The position numbers and the translations under genes are program-made. Below the pieces are notes generated by a model. The model had not been told where the DNA came from, made no database searches, and saw only the letters and a list, made by a program, of their open reading frames with translations. From Thermodesulfovibrionia bacterium (GTDB lineage Bacteria > Nitrospirota > Thermodesulfovibrionia > UBA6902), in assembly GCA_963699585.1 (NCBI GenBank), contig CAVOUK010000011.1, forward strand, positions 125,231-189,230: 64,000 bases of DNA. The letters run 5' to 3'. Shown one piece after another: positions 58,724-64,000 of this stretch (positions within the stretch are counted from its first letter, which is position 1; each line of letters starts with the position of its first letter).

Positions 58724-58865
58724 AGCCCCTAGGCTGAACTTTTATCAGTATGCCAATCTTATCGGATTTTGTACCAAGAACTTAAGGGGTTACCTTCATT
58801 TTTCCACTTAAAACAGATGGCATGCGAGACAGAGGCCGCTTCCCGAGTCGTCAATCCGAAGCAAT

Positions 58866-59262
58866 TTACGTATTCCCGATCTGCCATGCGGGTCGTGGCA
58901 GGTTGTGCATTCCGCTCACTGCGGTCTCTCTGGATTCTCCGACGATGGGGAGCTTATCCTTGTCACCCGAAACGTAAAAACGCTTCCCCTCCATAGTAAT
59001 GTTGTGATTTATCGTTTTAGGGTTAAATTCCAGAGGCGAGGACTTGATCGGATGGTGTGCCATTTCAGCAACATCATGACAGGATTTGCAGAGTTCCGAC
59101 TGATCAGGAATTACAAGCGCAGCGGATTTGGAATCAGGTTCGGATGACAGATGGCAGAAATCGCATTTACTGCTCAGGCCAGCTATGAACTTCATCGAAG
59201 GTCACGCCATGAGCGTTTAAAGCAAATGAGAGAAACAACGATAATATAAAAAACAAGCTCAT
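58866..59262 (-). CDS. periplasmic dihaem c-type cytochrome; signal peptide in a different frame (frameshift ~59195-59205)
   Basis: ORF 58866-59195 has two CxxCH motifs (CDFCH, CKSCH). Upstream ATG 59262 encodes 'MSLFFILSLFLSFALNAHG' but is +1 out of frame. Confidence 0.55.
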
Positions 59263-59339
59263 ATGAATAAATAATTTTGCCACAAAACTTCCTTATTCAT
59301 AACAAGTAGGTAATAAAATTATATCACATGTTAAGCGTT

Positions 59340-59760
59340 ATAGGAGGTCCTCGATGTATTTGAGAATTACGGCTTTGACCCGCGAATACGCTTGCCACTT
59401 ATTGGACCACCCAACAATGCACTGATCAGGCACAAATCGAACGCTCCGGCCACCAGCGGCACAAGCCCGACAATGATGAACTGAATAATAATACATTATG
59501 CTATTCTAAATGGTCCTTCATGTGGCCATCAAGACTTTGATCCTGATAAACAATGCAGTGCGAGTCCCATTCCAGTGGCTAGCTGTGTGTACCCCCAGCC
59601 GATTAGACCAATGCCAGCAACTATCCGTGTAATTCGACCGGCTGGACTATTAACGAATCGAGGCAAAACCTGAACGACCAAACGACTCAGCGATGCTAAG
59701 TAATGAAAAATATTAACAAATAAAAATCCATGACACCAGCGTTACATAATAGTATCCATG
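59340..59760. other. ~0.4 kb ORF-free, random-like segment
   Basis: Same impression as 43700-45290: no ORFs, balanced composition, no repeats; flanked by AT-rich stretches. Confidence 0.35.
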
Positions 59761-59815
59761 AACAGAAGAACTTTTTATGAAAGAGATTGATTCATCGGGT
59801 CTTCTCTTTTTCTAA

Positions 59816-60085
59816 GTGAATAATTGTATCTATCTTGGTACTCCTGCTCTTCAATCTTTCAGGTTAAAGATCAGGCTAAATGATTTAGAAGAATTACTTG
59901 AATTTATCTATCAGAAAACAGATAAAGAAAAAACAACTGGAAAATTGCTCCTTTCAGTAGATGAAATACCTGATTTGATTGAGACAATAAATAGATTAAT
60001 TGAAGAAAAAAAATCAAAGGTGAAATTTAATTTTTCAAGTGATGAATTAAAAGAAATAGTAGATTTTATAAATATAAAGCAATGA
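59816..60085 (+). CDS. hypothetical AT-rich orphan ORF (89 aa)
   Basis: Local GC visibly below the window average; Lys/Glu/Ile-rich product; no family recognised. Confidence 0.35.
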   Translation: MNNCIYLGTPALQSFRLKIRLNDLEELLEFIYQKTDKEKTTGKLLLSVDEIPDLIETINRLIEEKKSKVKFNFSSDELKEIVDFINIKQ

Positions 60086-60207
60086 TTAGGGTTTGGCCTT
60101 TCCGAACACCTTATGCCTATTCTCTCAAATCATTTCAATTCTAACTTTCAGGAAACAATAAACATCTCAGGGGTCTTTTAATTTAAAAAGATAACGGCAA
60201 GATCATT

Positions 60208-63200
60208 CTATTCTAATTTAAAATCGACCCGGCTGTCTTTGACCTTCTCCTTTTGCTCCGGTTTGAGAGATTTCGGCGTTATGAGAAATACCCTTTCCTG
60301 CTCTACCTGGTCCGATTTCAGTATGTAGTCTTTTATCCTGAGGGAACGCTGTGATGCAAGCTGCCTGAGGTCGTCATCTTTTACCTCTATGTGGGTCAGC
60401 ATGAGTTTTTCCATCTCGGGTACGGGCAGGTCTTTTGCCATGCCGATGAAGTTTCTCGGTTTTGGAAATTTCTCTTCTTTGTAAGCCATCTTAAGGTATT
60501 TCGGGTATTCATCCGTTTCTATTTTGACCTCATCTACCGGAACAGCAGGCTGTCCTTTTTTTATAATATCCTTCAATTTCTGGGCCCTGATCTTCTTGTG
60601 AAAGAGATACTGTATCAACCCTTCCCGGTCTTTTTCAGGGTCAACAAATCCCTCTATATCAAGTTTGAGATTCGGCCTGTCATGAAGCACCTTTACCAGG
60701 GTATCGAGTTTTTTCGCCCCCTCAGCAGTTATATCGTAACTGCCGAAATCAAACTCCATATAACCGAGTTCCTCCCCTCCTCCAAAGATCGCCCCCAGGA
60801 GCGCAAAAGGAGAAGTCGCGGCCTTGACGAGAAGATTCAGGAGTATTTTGATCACTATACTGAAGATGCTGAACTTGGGATCATCGATCTCCCCTGTGAC
60901 CGGGATGTCGAGGTCTATCCTCCCCTGCCTGTCTTTTAAAAGCGCTATCGCAAGCCTCACCGGCAGTTTCGTTGCATCAGGGCTTTCAACCGTATCGCCG
61001 AGCGTGAACTGGTCGAGAAAAACATTGTTTTGAGAATCAAGTTTTTTCTTAACGATAAGGTATTTCAGGTCCAGTGAGAGTTTGCCTTTTTCGATTGTAT
61101 ACCCGATATACTTGCCGGAGTATGGCGTCAGGGAACTCAGGTCCATGTCCTTGAAATCCACTTTAAGGTCAACAAGCAGGTCTTCTTTTAACGGGTTGAT
61201 CCTGCCGGTTATTTCGAGCGGGGCATAGTTCTCGAGTTTCCCTCTCAGGTCCACGTCTGCAGTTGTGGCCTCTTCAGAAGAAAGTCCCGATACCCTTCCG
61301 CCTATTTCAAGCATATTGACTGAATAGACAGGTTTGATATGATTGTCCGAAAAATTTACCGCTCCTCCCTGCAACGTGAGATTATCAATCTTCACCGGCG
61401 GCACAGGTTTCTTTTCCTGGGCAGCGTCAGTCTTCTCTTCAACAGGCGGCTTCTTTGCCGCTTCTTCCTCAGCAGGCTTATTGGACTGGACGATCCCCTG
61501 AACATTGAGCGTGCCGTCCTCGTTCACTATCAAACGTGAATAAAAATCAGTAAGCGCGATCTCTTTAATATTCACATGCAAGGGATTGTAACCTGCATCA
61601 ATGCCGCTGAAATAAAGAGACTGCCATTTCAAAAAATCATCAGCATTCACCTTGTCGACGGACGCAAAATCCTGTAAAGCTGCCTCCCCCTTAAATGCCG
61701 CCTTTATTCCGGCAGCTCCCGTATCGCTGACAGAGAGATTCCCTTTTGTCATTACACTGCCGCCAGTGACGATGATTTTGATCTTATCCGTAAAATAGGG
61801 TTGGAAGGGGCCGATCTCCACACCCTTAAGGTTCAACGCGATGTTCGCTGAAAGCGGATCGATACCCAGTGTCCCGCTTGCGGAGACAGAGCCGGTCTTA
61901 TTCAGTTTAAGAGAAAGCGAGACCTTGCCCTTTTGTTTCTTGCCGGTTGAAAGGTCCGCCCCTTTGACCTTTATCTGCCCGGCAGTAATTTTTACCGGTT
62001 CCGACGGCACGAGGTCTTCAAAATTTACGGTATACTTCTCCGCCAGTAAGTTTTTCAGGTTGATCAGAAATGGTTTTTCATCCTTCTTTACAGCAGGGGC
62101 AGGCGGCTTTTCATTAATTTGCGCGGACGGTAAAAGTGTCTGAACATTAAGTTTTCCGTCACTCAGACGGCGGAGGTTAAAAATGCCTCTGTCTGTTGAA
62201 ATATCGCCGACGGTGATCTCCCTGTTTGTCAGATCTATGTCGGTATCTTTAACATTGAATGCAGGGATAGAGAGAAAATCATAATCGTCCCCTCTTTTCC
62301 GAAGCTTCAGGGAATTCAATGTTGCGGACAGGGCCGACAGCTTCACATCCGGAACATCTGCGGGTTTTTTAAATGAATATTGTGTGCTGAAGTCCAGCAC
62401 GGCATCTTCAATATCAAAGAGTATTTTGTCCCTGTAGTAAGGCGAGTACTTTTTCAGAAGGACCTGTTTTAATCCGATACTGCCGTCGGATGAAAGCGGG
62501 TCAAGTGAAAATTCCCCGTTCAGCGTTACGCCCTCCTGCGATTCGGTCTGCAAGGCCAATGCTACCGCTGACTTTCTGTCCTTAATGTTGCTGAAATGTT
62601 CGACCTTGACATCTATTTTCTCAACAACTGTTTTGAAGTCCTTATTGTCCGTAAAATCCGAGAAAGAGAGTTTACCCTGTGCGATACCAATCTCATCCGC
62701 TTCAATGACAAGAGGCAGGCTGCCTTCATCCTTTGGCGCGGCCTTTTTTTCTTCCTGCTCAGGAATGAGTGACTGAAGATTTATCCGTTCCGATTTCTCC
62801 CTGACAACATTAACTTCCGGGGCATTCAATGAGACCTTGGCCAGGTGTATCTTTTTCATCAAAAGGTCAGCATCTGCGAAAGCGATGTCCAGAAGCAGGT
62901 ATTTTTACAAGGGGATTCTTTTCGCTGTCTGTAATATCTATTTTTTTAAACAGAATATTTCCTTTAAGGGAAATAACAGGCGGCCTCTCCTTTAATTGCA
63001 AATAAGAAATTAAACAGTCGACATTGAGATAAGCTGAGTTGATCCTGTAATCCATCTTTAATGGGATATATCCGAGATAATACGGGATATCCAGATCTTT
63101 TATTTGCACGTCGAATATGGTCTCACGCGTGTCTGCGAATGGCTTTGTCTCTCCTTTCAGTGAAATCTGCCTGTCATTCAGCTTTGCCTCAAAGGACGGA

Positions 63201-63796
63201 GTAACATATGAATCAACATAATGCGGAAGGTTTGACAAAAAGGGGATAACAGTATTGATATCGCTTAAGGAATGCCTGGTATGCTTAGGCAGATCATTAA
63301 ACTCTATTTTACCGGCAGTTATAAATATATTGTTAAGGGAATACTTTAATGGTTCGGACTTTGTCATGGTCTTATGCTCATCAGATTTTGCAAGATCTGA
63401 AAAGTTGTAAGACAGGTCTTCATTACGAACAATATGAAAATAAGGTTTACTGACCCGCAATTCGCTGAGGATCACGCCTCTTTTAAATATCGACATGGTC
63501 TGAAGATTAACATAAAGTTCATCAATAGAAAGAAAAGTCTCAGGACCGTTCCTCTCTTTTATCTCTAACCCCTGTATATCAACCGAGAGCATGAAAGGAT
63601 TAACTTTTATCTTCTGAATGGCAACAGTTCGCTGGAGGTTTTCGGAAAGTTTACTGAGCAGTACCGACTTTATGACAGGAGGGAGAATTAAGAATCCTGT
63701 AATTGTGAAAATAACAAGAAGGATAAGCGACCATTTTAAATATTTTATAGAACGGGGCGATGACCTTAACTCCTTAACTGATCTGACAATATCCAT
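60208..63796 (-). CDS. large AsmA-like/DUF748-type envelope protein (N-terminal TM anchor), +1 frameshift near 62862-62900
   Basis: ORFs 62867-63796 (TM anchor) and 60208-62862 (884 aa) are adjacent in different frames. Removing one G of 'tctgga' joins them as '...KIPAS-DIAFADADLLMKKIHLAK...'. Confidence 0.55.
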
Positions 63797-64000
63797 AAAT
63801 CCTCGAGATGGTCACATTTCCCTGCAATTTTCCAAATAATAATATAATTGTATCACAGCTTTATTTACATTATACCTGACTGATTTGCGTGGGACCTCAC
63901 AATTTTTTTTAAGAATTAAAGTTTTTTCTGCATATTTCCGAAAAGATTTTTGAGAAGATCAGTTTTTTGGATAATATATATAGATAGAAACAAAAATATA

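Noticed and set aside
1-64000. CRISPR arrays, integrons, prophage or complete IS elements
   Set aside because: No regularly spaced repeat-spacer arrays, no integrase/attI, no phage structural genes. The only transposase signal is the 66 aa IS3 OrfA remnant.

Overview
This 64 kb window looks like a moderate-GC (~40-45%) bacterial chromosome segment from an anaerobe. The content supporting that is a 2-oxoacid:ferredoxin oxidoreductase (kor), a ferredoxin-fused EtfAB, several rubrerythrin/ferritin-like genes, a c-type cytochrome and a candidate selenoprotein. Most genes are on the minus strand and are housekeeping: add, korB/korA/korG, thrS-infC-rpmI-rplT-pheS-pheT, fabD, etfAB, bioB-bioW, leuB-like, asd, thrC, prmA, cysK, tRNA-Gln/Glu/Val and cspA. 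The accessory content comprises two GAF/HD-GYP c-di-GMP phosphodiesterases; a CpxP-like gene plus a histidine kinase/OmpR-type regulator pair interrupted by an EF-hand gene and an IS3 remnant; a Phd/RelE toxin-antitoxin pair; and hemerythrin, DsbA-like/DsbD-like fusion and CopZ-like genes. The most notable single call is a rhodanese-ferritin-like fusion whose catalytic Cys codon is an in-frame TGA followed by a SECIS-like hairpin. The window is unusually rich in small dispersed repeats: a GC-rich REP-like palindrome family (TAGGGGCGA...CGCCCCTA), TCAGC heptamer arrays, and several 3'-end repeat families. Several genes sit between direct repeats. Two regions, one ~1.6 kb and one ~0.4 kb, are ORF-free and look random-like. 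Many genes carry single-base, mostly homopolymer, frameshifts; this is more likely error-prone sequence than pseudogenisation, but the two cannot be distinguished here. The ORF track misses the sub-60-aa genes (small peptides at 15690-15915 and 52423-52703) and the edge-truncated ORF at 1-803.
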